A stretch of 64,000 bases of DNA from Octopus sinensis (Eukaryota): NCBI RefSeq assembly GCF_006345805.1, contig NC_042998.1, positions 37,014,001 through 37,078,000 of the forward strand. The letters run 5' to 3'. A model generated the notes under the pieces. It was not told the origin of the DNA. It saw nothing but the letters and a program-made list of their open reading frames with translations, and did not search any database. Shown here piece by piece: positions 1 to 13,292 of the stretch. The first letter of the stretch is position 1. Each line of letters begins with the position of its first letter. Both the position numbers and the translations under genes were made by a program.

Positions 1-895
1 GCACTAACTGAATATAGAGCGTTAGATGTAGAAAGAATGCTAATATAATAAATTTAGTGAGAGATAATATACACGCAGAATTAGCATTAAACTGTTATTG
101 CAGCTATAATTAATATTTCTATCACTGATTTTCCCGCCCTTCAACCAAATCTCTTTACGATATTTCATTTTCAAACCACGCACCTCTAATTTGCACATTT
201 GCATTCACATTTCATTGTAATTGATTGCTATTTCGGAAATTTGGCGAAATATTTCATATTTGGGATGCAAAGCATTCAATATATTGCAATGGTCGCCTAC
301 ATTTGTCTGTAAGTTTACATTTGCCTTCTTAAACTAATCCTTTGTGTCCTTTTCAACGGATTCTTACGCAACGTTCAACATAACTTCCGACTACGAGAAA
401 AGACAGCAGATACATTATTCAAGTTCATTTTTATTGCGGTAAATTAGAAATAATGTGAACATGGTAGGAGCTAAATCGCATATTATTACGCAATAAGCAG
501 GCGCTGATCTAATTAATCTCAGTGCTGCACCCTATAATAATTTGTTTCACACGTGTTGCATTCACATTACATATGAGTTTCTATCGATGTTGCAAACAGG
601 TCTCAATTACTACATTTCTGCTAGGTTGGACCTATTATGTAATGATGTAATTCTTTCTGTTCATCCGGCCATGCCTGTTCAAGATCAGGCTACGTTTATA
701 TGTGCAGGACAAATGTGTGCACAACCATTGTATTTATTGCATATGCAATTGAAATATCTTAAAGAAATACGTTATCACGTTACACAAGTATCGGCTTCCA
801 TTTTATATCATTGGTACCATTTTTATTCCTCTACTAATCATGACTAATTCTATGTAAAACACGAATTATCTTTCAGAGAGTCTAAAAAACCAAGG

Positions 896-964
<69 letters not shown>

Positions 965-990
965 TGCGTGTGTGTGTGTGTGCGTGTTTG
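896..990. repeat. (GT)n microsatellite
   Basis: Nearly pure GT dinucleotide run; explains the CVCV ORFs at 896-1114. Confidence 0.95.
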
Positions 991-1730
991 TTTGTTGTGT
1001 GTATGCTTCTGGAAAACCATTACTTCAGAGTCGAAAGAAAATCGTTGGTTTTATGTCAGGCGTATTACAGGTAGTTATCTTATCGATCCCAGAATAGAGA
1101 CACTCAAGCAATGAGAGCTAAATATTTTCGCTATTCAAACTCATTTTTTTTTCATGTTTAAAAACGTGTTTCCATAAATGTAGGTTAAGAGAAAATAAAG
1201 GCGTGAGAGTTATACGGCTTCGGAAAAAAAATAACAACGAAATGCAAAAGCTGAGCATTACCACGCATATCAATCTCCAGCCGAATTACTTCAATGAAGA
1301 TAAATTTCAAAAACTAATATTTCAAAATATAGACTTCGGCTAAATCCATTTGCAGGAGTTAGAAATATAATCAATCTACTCCCATTCATTTCCGACTTAA
1401 ATTTATCTTTAAGAACATAAGTGAATCCATTCGGTGATGCGTTAAAATCAAAACCAATCACATAATAATCAAGAGAATGTATCTCGGCAACAAAACTTCA
1501 CGTTAATGGCTACTTTATTTTTCAAGCTTTATATTCACATGCATCCGTTTCCTTGTCATTGTTGTTAACCTATACAAGTATTGGTCGTTTATGCCACCAC
1601 GTAAATGCACTAATCGAGAGCACCCACACAAAAAATAGAAGACGTTACATCCATGCAAACCGCACGGTCACACAGATGCATGCACACATATACACACACT
1701 CATACGCATGCTGATGTGTATGTGCATACA

Positions 1731-2963
1731 TAAAGGGTCTTGCAAATACATTGAGACTTATTTTACGATGCGTAAAATTGGTTATAAATACTAGAAGAAT
1801 GGTAGTATACACATGGTTCTAATGTAACATTTATTACAACAAATATATTTATCACTCAATATGGCCGCTCTTTTAGGCAATTACTGCCTCCACCTGAGAA
1901 TGAAATTTTTTTTGCACAACCTCCGCGAAACTGTTGACACTCGAGTGTGATGAAGCTTTGGTCCTTGCTTGAAGTACCCTTAAAGAAAGTAATCGAGTAT
2001 GTTGAGATCTAATCTATTACTGAGTCAGGTGTTGGCCCTCACAAAAAATGGCACCTTCTCCCCAACGAAGGCCTGTGTTGCTTTTGACCCACGGCATGGT
2101 GCAGAATCCTGGATAAGCACCACATTCTAAAGATTAAACTTCTGCTGCATGCAGGGTAACAGGGAGTACTTCAGAATGTTCAGATACTCCTTTGTGCCAA
2201 TCTTGAAGCCAGACTCAATGAAGTGTGGGTCCATAACACACGGCTCCAAATACCATCACAGAGGCAGGAAGGATTCTTAGTCTCAAACACAGGGGTGAAC
2301 GTCAGAAGGGTTATATGTAATCACTCGAGCATTTCTCAGATTCACCTCAACAGCCACAGTGGAGTTCGTCTCGTCCACAACCACGAGAGTTTTTATTGCG
2401 CCTTGATGCTTGATGAATAACAGAAGCTTTGAGCATTTCGCAGCTCTGATTGCTTTGGCCTAGGTTGTTAGGTGGGTAACGGCGTCATCGAACATAGCGA
2501 TTCATGCCAAGGTTCCAGTTCACAACCCTGGATACCGTGGAAAGGGACACATTGCGTTTGTTTGTAAGATTTGTCATGCACGTGATGAGTTGGCTTAAAT
2601 CGAGCGTATGAGGCCAGCACAAGATTTTGGATTGCACTTAGAATGACTCCCGGTCGTGTGTTCTTTTCTGTCAATATTTCCCTCTCCTTTAAATTGTCTG
2701 TACACACGACAAACGATTGCATTTGGAAATTTCGTCAACTTAATAACTTTATTGGCATTTTGCAAGGTGCGGGCCAAAACAATAACTGCGGAACGATTCT
2801 GTTATTCCATGGTTTTCTGTTGCCGAATCAGTTCGCTATTTACCTGGAAAATAAAGAGTAGGATTAGATTTTCAAGCAAGCAAGGTTTTGTGAAAGAATG
2901 AAATGTTAAACCCAGTAAGTCGACTGCTTAAATTTGGTATCCATTTATCTGCAAGACACTGTA
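1731..2963 (-). mobile_element. Decayed Tc1/mariner DNA transposon (maT/DD37D-like) with ~28-bp TIRs
   Basis: TIRs: TAAAGGGTCTTGCAAATACATTGAGACT (1731-1758) vs reverse complement of 2936-2963, TACAGTGTCTTGCAGATAAATGGATACC. Minus-strand frameshifted remnants read VVDET, TKNPS..MVFGAV, QDSAP, DLNILDYF. Confidence 0.75.
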
Positions 2964-4556
2964 TATATGTATATAGATCAACTTGTATATGTATGTAGGT
3001 GGGTGTTTCGCCCCCACTCAAAAATATGCCAGTTTCATTACCGCTGCTGATGGCTTTGCAATTTAATATCCTCAAATTGGACGTTAGTAGATGTCTTCAT
3101 TCTTATACTGTAGTGTTTAGTCACTAGCTTATAGTGGTGTGATACTGGCGTTGGTCAACACTGTCAATTTTTATCTAAGAATATCTCATCTTTTTCTAAT
3201 CACGATTTAAATAAAGATTTTATAAATTTCTATTTTAGCTCATGAACCTTGTGGTTATTTTCTTGGAATTCAGAATTACCATTAAGCTGCACATTGCATA
3301 CGACATATCAGTGCCAACTAACAGTTCCATAGAATCATGCCAGTCACTTATTTAATTCTGTCATCAGCACAGGTTGTCGTTCGTCTGTCCCCGTTTTACT
3401 TCAAATGTGAAATTTGTGCAAACCCTATCGAAAGTTTCGACTTAACTATATGCTTTTGTAGCATCAGTACAGGTTTCAATCTCTCTGTTGAAAATCCTGG
3501 AATGATTGCACAACCTGGCAGGCCTTCGGATCAGAGAAAGCAGTTCCCTGAATGTGGCCGATCTGTAACGATGATTAATATAACAGCGTTCATTTAATTG
3601 ATGCTTGACGTTTAAAATTCGAATTTTGGAAAATGTGAAAGAATATGTAATAATTTACACATTGAATACACAAATTCAAACGCTGTCACTCTCCCTCCAC
3701 CAACCCCCACCAATAATTTATGCATAGTTTGGAAAGGAGAGAGTTTACTTAACTGGATTTATTGTGAGGTCACAGGGAGAGATGTGGGGAACACAATGCG
3801 AAACAGATGACCATATCACGGAACGCAATGTTCTGTGTGGTCAAATTTCAGTTTCACATGCACAACTAAATTAAAGAGACACTACGGAACAAAATATGCT
3901 CACTTGTTCAAAAATTCGTAGCAACCATAGTAACAAAAGTCAAAGCTTAGAGTGTACAAAAGTTACAAGGGGTGTCTACTTTCAGTTTTCTATAGACAGT
4001 GGTACTCAAAAAATAATAATATTACAAACGTCAGCTGTAGAATGAACCGAAATTATTCCACTTATTATGCCATGCAAACATTTGTGGTGTAATACGATTG
4101 CACACATATATTATTTTTCTATTTGTAAATGCGGCACCAAATCATCCATTTACATTCTTTAGTCATGGTGTATATATATATATATATTTGTTTATCAACA
4201 ATTTTGTGGATGAGATTTATATTATGCTGAAAAATGATGTTGCCGTATGATTTGAAGACGAAACCTACAGGAAATACACGTGATATGAAATTAATCAAAC
4301 GTGTACAAAACATTTACAAGTATATAAATATGTGAGTATAATTTTCACTGGCCACAAATACGCACGCACGTACGCATGCGCAGTTACATTAACTCTTGTA
4401 TGTGGTTGGAAATTTATGCCTTCATACACTTACAAATCGTAATACACACGTAGACATATACGCGCCTGGGCATCTGTATGTACGTATGCATAACTGTATG
4501 TATATATGTAAGTTCTTGGTTGCGTATACATACATACATACATACAAACACACACA

Positions 4557-4597
<41 letters not shown>

Positions 4598-5324
4598 CAG
4601 GAACACATACACACACACATACTTACGAGAATGCAATTCAGATGGTTGTCTACATAGATATGAGTTTAGGAATTATATACGTTTCTCTAATTTATATATT
4701 TATTTATTTCTATAACATATTACATATGATTAGATATCATTAAATCGCCTGTATGCTTTTCGAATTGTAATATACCAACTCATTACAAACACAGGCACGC
4801 GCGCATTTATTTTAGAATTTATTCAGTTCCAATCGAAATATTTTTTTCTATTCCTTTTACATACTTAGATATCCATCATCATGTTTTTCTTTATCATTTC
4901 AATCTCTTACAGTCGTATGCCACATCGTATATATTTGATAACACCTGCTTTCTTACAGTTGCACATGTATAAAGAAAAGTATTATTTAATATCTATCCTG
5001 TGCAGATCATGAGGATCTTTACGATCCTTTAAACGCACAAACATTTCAACACTTAACTTATAAATGTTATATATTATAACTATTATATTTCCCCTATATC
5101 TACTGGCATCCGTGTAATAAAAACATGGGCTGCACAAGCAAATCTCGTCTCAAAAAAAGCGAACTTTAATTTATCTGTTGGCTGTAAAATGTTTACTGTC
5201 AGGTAAGAAGTTTGCTCCCCAACCACTCCATAATTATGAATAATTAGATGCTTTATAAGTATAAACTGATTAGAAATAATTACTTATGTAATAAAATTCC
5301 TCGTTAATCTCACTATGAATCAAG

Positions 5325-5716
5325 ACTCACCAAGAGGGTGCTACACCAATGTCAGAACAGGTCGACATTGCATAGTGCCAAAGATCTCAGCAATGCCATC
5401 GCGCTTCATTACCAGTTACAGCAACAGCATGGGGTTCAGGGGCTCAGAGCTTTTTTAATATTTTCCCAAAGAGCCTGAGGAACCTACACAAAGTGGATGT
5501 AGGTGTATTCAAATCAAAACTGGGCCTCTTCCTGTCGAGATTCCCAGATGTACTTATCTCACGGCAAGAGGTGCGAATGAGGGTAGCGACATCAAGGTCC
5601 GTTCATCACCAAGTGCCACATGTTAGAGGAGGCTGTCAGTAATAACAGTGTAGCAAAACGGTGATGCCATAGCATGGCCACTGCTCTCAGTTAAAACTAC
5701 AAAAGAAGATAAAAGA
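5325..5716 (+). mobile_element. 3' fragment of a CR1/L2-group LINE
   Basis: Degenerate C-terminal reading RTGRHCIVPKI...SLRNLHKVDVGVFKSKL, followed by a 3' tail GGTGATGCCATAGCATGGCCACTGCTCTCAGTTAAAACTACAAAAG and then (TA)n. Related tails occur at 10756 and 58424. Confidence 0.65.
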
Positions 5717-5852
5717 ATATATATATATGTGTGTGTATGTATGTATATGTATATATATATATATATGTAATATATATATATATATATATATATGTATATG
5801 CATATAAATATATACATATATATATATATATAATATATATATATATATATAC

Positions 5853-5897
<45 letters not shown>

Positions 5898-6292
5898 AGT
5901 ATTTGAAGGATAATTATCTTATGGAAGACACGTGTCCAATATCATTGTACTGCAGCTGTTAAAAGTCTCTCTTGGAAAGTCAGAAAGCTGTGAAACTTCG
6001 CTGTAAGGGTCACGTGGATTCACCGTATACTTTGTTCACTCCATTTTTCTGAAATCATTTTCTCCATGAAAAGACATTGAATCCCTCTTTCATTATCCTC
6101 ACATAATCAAGTCTAAACAGTCATGTGTGAAGTGCGCCTAAAACAATAAAACTTACCAAATACAGACATAATGCACACAAATACGGCCTCACGATTCTTC
6201 GGTATTCTCATTATCTCTTCATAACGTGGGAATCTTTGTGTGCGTATATCTATACCTTCCTAACTATAACACACACACACACACACACATAG

Positions 6293-6319
6293 ATACATCT
6301 ATATCTATCTATTTGTCAC

Positions 6320-6385
<66 letters not shown>

Positions 6386-6601
6386 GATCTATCTATCTAT
6401 CTATCTATCTATCTATTTATCTATCTATCTATATATCTATCTATCTATATGACTGTCTGTCTCTGTCTCTGTCTCTCTCTCTGTCTCTCTCTATCTTTCT
6501 ATCTGTATGACTGTCTGTCTCTGTCTCTCTCTCTTTCTCTCTCGCTCTCTCTTTCTCTCTCTCTCTATCGCTCTCTTTATATATATATATATCTTTCCTA
6601 C

Positions 6602-6681
<80 letters not shown>

Positions 6682-6727
6682 TATCTATCATATATATATA
6701 TATATATATATATAACTCCCCATCTTT

Positions 6728-6779
<52 letters not shown>

Positions 6780-6917
6780 ATCTACTATCTATCTATCTAT
6801 CTATATATATATATATATATATCTTTTCTATCTATTTATTTATCTTCTATCGTTTCTATTATATATATATATATATATATATTATATTATATATTATCAA
6901 TATAAACTCCCATCTTT

Positions 6918-6970
<53 letters not shown>

Positions 6971-6971
6971 A

Positions 6972-7015
<44 letters not shown>
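6293..7015. repeat. Compound (ATCT)n/(CT)n/(AT)n microsatellite block
   Basis: Direct reading. Contains the spacer ACTCC(C)CATCTTTTCT at 6715 and 6906. Confidence 0.95.
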
Positions 7016-9062
7016 AACTTGGATCAATCGAAAGCCTTTGATAGGGTAGACCATCGATACTTGGAGGCAGTCTGAGAGCGGCTGGTTTGTCGGTCCGTCT
7101 TCCGCGGCTGATAGCTGCCTTGTACAGAGGCATCCGTTCGGTAATTCGCGTAAATGGACATCTATCGAGACCTTTCGACATTGCACGTTCGGTCGTCCGT
7201 CAGGATGCCCCCTCTCGGCGCTTCTATACGTATTGACTCTTGAGCCACTACTGCGGAAGCTGGCGACTCTAAGGGGCATCCCGCGAGAATTGGGATGCGG
7301 GACGAGCGTGTCTGCATACGCGGACGACGTCACCGTCATAGTGTCTAGCCACGAGCACATCGAGCTGGTCGGCGAGACACTGAAAAACTACGAAGCGGTG
7401 ACAGGAGCGAAAATCAACCGGGAAAAGTCAGTGGGCTTGCGACTAGGCACCTGGAGAAGCAAGCCCATGCCGTCCACCAGCGCCTCCGTCGTGGGACGCT
7501 GGACCGACGGCCCGGTTGAGTTGCTCGGGGTCTGGTTCGGTCCGGACCTCCAAGTGGAGAAGAACTGGAACGAGATAACGAGTAGGGTGGTCACTCTCGC
7601 CCGGCAATGGGCCGAGAGGAAACTGTCCCTAAAATGTCGAGCGGAGGTGGCGAACACGTACATCGCGTCCGTCATCTACTACCGCCTGACCGTCGTACCT
7701 TGTCCCGACCCTACCATCACCAAACTACAACGCATCCTCTTTCGCTTCTTTGGAAAGGATGCGTCCCGATGGTCAGGCGATCCATTTGCTGTCAACACCC
7801 GTTAAAAGGAGGGCTGGGCATGCCGTGGTTGATGATGCGCAGACACGCGCTGAAACTGCGACATCTCTGGCTCTATGTAGACGACGGTGAACAGGTGTGG
7901 TCGCCGTTTGTGAGGCACGCTTTCCCGCAGCTCGTCTCCATGACCGAACTGCAGTCGTGGATGAAAAAGAGGCCGAGGAAGGGCGAATGGCACCGCGAGT
8001 GTCGCGTTGCTCTCAAGCAACTCTGCCGTCCTGGGTCGACCTTAAGTGACTTCAACACAACCAAAGCATTCTATAGGGGTTTAGTGAGGGGAGGTACGAC
8101 GACGAGCTCGGGGCGAACCTGGACGTCGACGAGGAGTACCTGACCCGCCTGTTCGGGACGACTTTCGGGCCAGGGCCCATGGACAACTTCCAGAGATCCT
8201 GGCTGGCAGTGCTACCGAGAAGCGCTACCCGTTCGGGATAAGCTCTACAGACACGGCTCGAGAAACACGGGGCCGACCTGCCCGAGATGCGGTCAGAGCG
8301 ACGAAACCGTTCTGCACGCACTCGTTCAGTGTCCAACAATTTCCGACCTGTGGGCTTATGTCGAACAACTGCTGTCACGTGTGGGACGAGTCGGTTTATC
8401 AGCTGAGTCTATCGTCAATATTGTCACGCCTCCTTCCTTCAAACGGGAAGGAAGAGCTATTTTCATCATCCTTGTGGCTATGGCGAAAGAATGTATCTGG
8501 TGGACGCGTCTGAAAGGATTGGAGACAAACACTTTCCTCTGGTCAATCTCTCATCAACTTCTTCAAGTACCACTTGAAAAGGAAAGTGAGAGTAGAGAGG
8601 CAGTTTTGTCTAGCGAATGTTTAAAAAAAATGGGTGAATGTAGCAAAATGGCACGTATGAATGACGAAGCCACCTTGAGCATAGTCCTATGAACCCAGAA
8701 ATCGAAAACAGAGAGTTGCTTATTTGCAAAAAAAAAAAAAAAAAAAAAAAAAGAAATATAAAATGTGACTTCATTGACCGAGGTTACCGTGGTCTTTTCC
8801 GTAGGCTTTTCTTTCCACGGGTAACCTCACCTGTCCTCCCCTTTACACTTCATATTGACATTTCTGTGATAACGATCCCTATTGATCATTTTTTTTCCTC
8901 TCCCCCTTTTTTTTTTTTTTTTTTGTCCTCTTTCTCTCCTTTTACGATCCCTTTTGATCGAAACTCCCCCTTCCCTTTTTTTTTTTTTTTAAACCTTCAA
9001 AAGAAAAGCTCTACCTTGTAATTGTTCTATCTGTGTGCAGCCCTGTGTGGCTAATAAAGAAA
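7013..9062 (+). mobile_element. 5'-truncated Tx1/L1-clade non-LTR retrotransposon (RT, C-terminal CCHC knuckle, 3' UTR), frameshifted
   Basis: [14 protein letters not shown] at 7013; a frameshifted RQGCPLS-like motif at ~7197; SAYADDVTV and KINREKSVGL in ORF 7233-7805; CPRCGQSDETVLHALVQC at ~8279-8330; AATAAA at 9053 before the microsatellite resumes. Confidence 0.85.
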
Positions 9063-9065
9063 CAT

Positions 9066-9070
9066 ATCTA

Positions 9071-9105
<35 letters not shown>

Positions 9106-9180
9106 TTTCTATCTATTTATTTACCTTTCTATCGTTCCTATTATATATATATATATATATATATATAACTCCCCATCTTT

Positions 9181-9266
<86 letters not shown>
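9066..9266. repeat. Compound (AT)n-spacer-(AT)n-spacer-(ATCT)n block, a direct repeat of ~6800-7015
   Basis: The spacers ATCTTTTCTATCTATTTATTTA..TTCTATCGTT.CTATTA and ACTCC(C)CATCTTTTCT occur on both sides of the Tx1 element. Confidence 0.85.
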
Positions 9267-10755
9267 CATATATCTACCTCTCTGTATAATAAAAAAAATA
9301 CATATCGACAAAAATGGCAAATAACTGAGAAGCTTTATAATTCTGTTCACTTTTGATACTTGTGATAGATACTTATTACCATTTCAGATGTACAATTTAC
9401 AAATACAACAGTATACATATCCACGCATATGTTGACATGTACCAAAAAACATACACGTGTATCTGTGTGCGTGTATTTATGTATGTGTACATTAAGTTAA
9501 ATTGTGGAACTACGATGCAAATTATCTTGAGTAAAAGACTAATAAATAACGACAGTAATGTTTTCCTCTCTAAAATTGGGATATTATTTGGTGCACAATA
9601 TATTTTTTACACACATAGCAGAAATTGAAAATATATTGCTTTTTTTTTTCTGAATATTCAGTTGTTGATAAATACGTTTTATGAGGTTGAGCGGACAATA
9701 TATTGATATTCTTGTCATAATTGAATTTTGGTTTGATATTTATCATGAATTGGATATATCCTGTAGTTATGTCTTCCCTCGATATCTCATTCCTCGCAAT
9801 GTAGCTTCAAAATTAATCGGTTACCTCATACAACAGAAATTTGCCTTTTGATGTTCTGTTTTCTTGATAGAAACAAATGCTTACATTCCCTTTCACCTGA
9901 AGGTCAATATTAACATTTGAAACATAATTCTTTACCGGAATTCTTCTGGTATATTGTAAAATGTCGCAATATTAAAACTGTGAATAAAATCAACTAAAAA
10001 CGGTGGATTTGAGACGGTATTAACTGGTGTTTTAAGCTTCAATAGAAATGTTTACTTTATTTTCACTCGTAGAAACTATTGAATGTAGTTATGCATGGAT
10101 TCCGACCTGAGAATTGTACCAGAAAGGAATGAAATCCTTATAACCTGAATATGTACCATAAAGTTTAAAACTCTTCGACTAGAATACTTAATGTTAAGTA
10201 GAATTTAAAATCCAAGCAACGTCTTCTATATATTGTACGTTATTGAAATAACAGATGCAATGAAACAAATCAGCATTATTTGTCATAATCTTCATTTGTA
10301 AGTCCCAGCTTAAAAAGTAGAAGATATTTTATTTCTTACTTCGCGAACATTTAACAATGTGTCTCCAAAGCTATATTCACACGACCTCATGTTGATATTC
10401 CCGCGTCTGTTGTGTATATTTTGCCTATTTTCTGTACGATCTTTCGTCCTCCGCGTAAAGGAATAAATTAGATCCCTTCAAACAGTTATTATATTGAAAT
10501 TTACATTGCACATTATAGTGTCAGACATTATTTTACATGGATTTTAATATTGCTAAAGAAGTACGTACCTTACGTTCTTCAAAACTAAAAATGAAACCCC
10601 ATTTAAGAAGCTTCTCTATAGTATACGTCTTATCTAAACATGCACACACTCAATCATGCGCGCTGAACCCCACCCCCACACATTTGTATATATAGTAGTA
10701 TGTTTGTAATATTATATGCACATTATATATGTATTTACATATACACATATAATGG

Positions 10756-11185
10756 TTTTTACTAGTTTCAGTTCTAGAGCAGCGGCCATACTGGCACACT
10801 GCGTCAGCTTTGCTACATTGTCGCGACTTGAAAACTCCCCAGATATGTGACATTTGGTGACTAAGGGACTTTGATGTTGCTGCCCACATTAGTGCTTCGT
10901 GCCATGAGATACGTTCATCTGGACCTCTTAACGGGACATCTACTTTTCTTCTGAAGACAGTCCATGTAATTTTCTCCGGATTTTTCGGAAGATATATAAT
11001 TGCTTTGAGCCTTTGAAACCAAAGCTGTGGCAGCATCTAGTGCTGTATCATGATGTTAATGTCGGCATCTTTGGCATCATGCAATGTCACCCCGTTCTAC
11101 TGTTTGAATAACTTTCAATGCTAAAGTTTGGTAAGAGTCCTTCCACGATTTTCCAGATGTGTATGATTGCATATCTTTCCCTATA
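10756..11185 (-). mobile_element. 3' fragment of a CR1/L2-group LINE
   Basis: Minus strand reads ERYAIIHIWKIVEGLLPNF...RTG.HCMMPK. The tail GCAGTGTGCCAGTATGGCCGCTGCTCTAGAACTGAAACTAGTAAAA is homologous to the tail at 5658-5716. Confidence 0.6.
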
Positions 11186-11282
11186 TATATATATATATAT
11201 ATATATTTATTATGAGTACCTTATTTACTGTGGTTAACCCCGAATCAACCCGGGACCTACATATATATATATATATATATTT

Positions 11283-11575
11283 ATAAATAAGGACAACATC
11301 GATATTTAAATATCGATCTTATCTAGTGGCCAGCATGGAAATTAATACCATACAAAGGTAATAATTAATTAAACTATAAATTAGGGTATCGGAGAGATAC
11401 CACACCATGCTGAAATAGCAGACAAAACACTGACCCTAAAACCACCTTAAATGTTCATATCGTGCCAGGAGAGAAGACAGGAAGACAAAATAAACTAGCA
11501 AAAAAGATTTTACTGGATAATTCAAGATCCTGGATTTCTGGCTTTGCTTCAGAGAAGCTCTGTCTTCTTCGGCGG
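11283..11575 (-). repeat. HHR-containing PLE pLTR-like repeat, left arm (core mutated to CCGAAGA)
   Basis: 11370-11570 is the reverse complement of 12820-13017 (roughly 85-90% identical by eye). The minus strand reads CCGAAGA-stem II-GAAATCCAGGATC-TTGAA. Confidence 0.7.
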
Positions 11576-11591
11576 GCAATTTAGGCTGGTC

Positions 11592-12675
11592 TTAGTTAGT
11601 TAGTTAGTTAGTTAATTTGGCTCAAAAGCAAATAGCAAGGCCATGTAGGGGGACATGGAGTTAAGTACAGGGTGGTGTTCATGTAAAGAGTTCAGGCCAC
11701 TTGAGGTCCAGGGAGGCTTTGAACAAAGCGGTCGTCGGCATCTTCACCATCTCGTCTGGCAGCTTGTTCCACGGATCCGCAACCCGGACGGAGAAAGCCC
11801 CTCTCCTTCGATTGAGATGAAATCGTCGCAGGTAGAGCTTTTCGGAATGACCCCGCAGCCGACGCTCCGGAGCAGGAGTGAAGAACAGCTCTTTCGAGAG
11901 GTTACACTTTCCGCTTATGATGTTGTGGGCGAGAATGAGATCACCACGGCGGCGGCGTTTTTCAAGAGAACAAAGGTCGAGCGTCCTCAGCCTTTCTTCG
12001 TAGGACAAATTATTGAGACCATGAACCATGCGGGTAGCCAGTCTCTGGACTCTTTCGAGGTGCTGTATGTCTTTGAGGAGATAAGGAGAAGAGGCCTGAA
12101 TCCCATACTCCAATATGGGTCTCACCAGCGTGACATAGAGTGGCAGGAATATGGCTGCTGTGAGCATTCCGAATGACCGTCGAATCAAAAACAGAATTCC
12201 GCGCGCTTTGTTGGCAGCATGGACGCACTGGTCCGAAGGCGAAAAGGAGGAATCCACCAAGATACCCAGGTCCTTTACCTGATCGGTCGTCTCCAGCAGC
12301 AGACGACCCGGCTCGAAATCAAGTTGAGTTGCAGGAGTAGAGCCGACAGGCAGATGACAGCACTTTGACACGTTCAGACACAGGTCCCAATCGTTAGACC
12401 ACTTCCAAATTTGGTGGAGGCATCGACGAAGATCCTCTATACTACCGCGAGGAGCGACCAGTTTGATATCGTCGGTAAATAGAAGGGTGTGTTGCGTGAG
12501 GTCGTCGGGCAAGTCATTTATGAAGACTAAGAACAACAAGGGCCCAAGCACTGAACCTTGAGGCACGCCACTGCTCGCACTGGAGACGTCGGACCGCGAA
12601 CCATTAACTTGAACCTGGAAGGAGCGATCTGAGAGGAAGGCACCAATCCATCGTACAATATCCGGATGGAAACTA
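11592..12675 (-). mobile_element. 5'-truncated CR1-clade LINE with open RT C-terminal half, 3' UTR stem-loop and (TAAC)n tail
   Basis: ORF 11679-12692: SGVPQGSVLGPLLFLVFINDL, LLFTDDIKL, RRRRGDLI, RGHSEKL, WNKLP. The 3' UTR hairpin is CCATGT-CCCCCT-ACATGG; the tail is TTAG repeats on the + strand at ~11592-11615. Confidence 0.9.
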
Positions 12676-12736
12676 TATGTACATACGTGCATATATATGT
12701 ATGTATAGGCGTTTGTATGTGTAAGTATAACCTATG

Positions 12737-12783
<47 letters not shown>

Positions 12784-12787
12784 ATAT

Positions 12788-13017
12788 CTGTAATTATGTG
12801 CATTATGGTATGTTCAACTGAAGAAGGTAGAGCTTCTCTGAAGCAAATCCAGAAATCCAGGATCTTGAATTATCCAGTAAAATCTTTTTGGCTAGTTTAG
12901 TTTCCCTTTCTGTCTTCTCTCCTGGAGTGATATGAACATTTAAGGTGGTTTTAGGGTCAGGGTTTGGCTGTTATTTCAGCATGGCGGTATCTCTAGGATA
13001 CCCTAATTTATAGTTTA
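12788..13017 (+). repeat. HHR-containing PLE pLTR-like repeat, right arm, flanked by (TA)n
   Basis: Inverted copy of 11370-11570, bounded by (TA)n at 12742-12787 and from 13017. Confidence 0.7.
12812..12870 (+). ncRNA. Type I hammerhead ribozyme (predicted cleavage AUC/ after 12864)
   Basis: Stem I TTCAA/TTGAA; core CTGAAGA at 12818-12824; stem II GG..GCTTC-TCT-GAAGC..CC; GAAA at 12852-12855; near-palindromic stem III ATCC-A-GGAT. Confidence 0.7.
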
Positions 13018-13032
13018 TATATATATATATAT

Positions 13033-13253
13033 AAAGGGTAAAGACCCCCTTCGGTCATGAGTGACCATGTGATTGCACCTAGAAAGTTACCCTCCTAGAC
13101 ACAAGTCTGGGCAAGGTTGTTTATGGAAGACCAGCAGTCGCCCATGCATACCAGCCTCCCCTCTCCACGCCACCAGTGTTATCCAAGGGAAAGACAAAGG
13201 CCGATACAGCTTGGCATCAGTGACGTCGCAACTCATTTCTACAGTTGAGTGAA

Positions 13254-13256
<3 letters not shown>
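13033..13256 (-). mobile_element. 5'-truncated SINE body between (TA)n arrays
   Basis: Resembles an abundant octopus SINE I recall (AAAGGGTAAAGACCCCCTTCGGTCATG...ACTCATTTCTACAG). The tRNA head is missing. Not database-checked. Confidence 0.55.

Positions 13257-13292
<36 letters not shown>

Noticed and set aside
6140-6261. Minus-strand candidate exon EGIDIRTQRFPRYEEIMRIPKNREAVFVCIMSVF ending at gtaagt
   Set aside because: The apparent donor is followed by an AG after only 19 nt, the acceptor lies in a (GT)n tract, and there is no recognisable homology.
11655-12176. 173-aa ORF on the + strand (also 7007-7360, 38169-38543, 38630-38935 and similar)
   Set aside because: Antisense shadows of retroelement coding strands.
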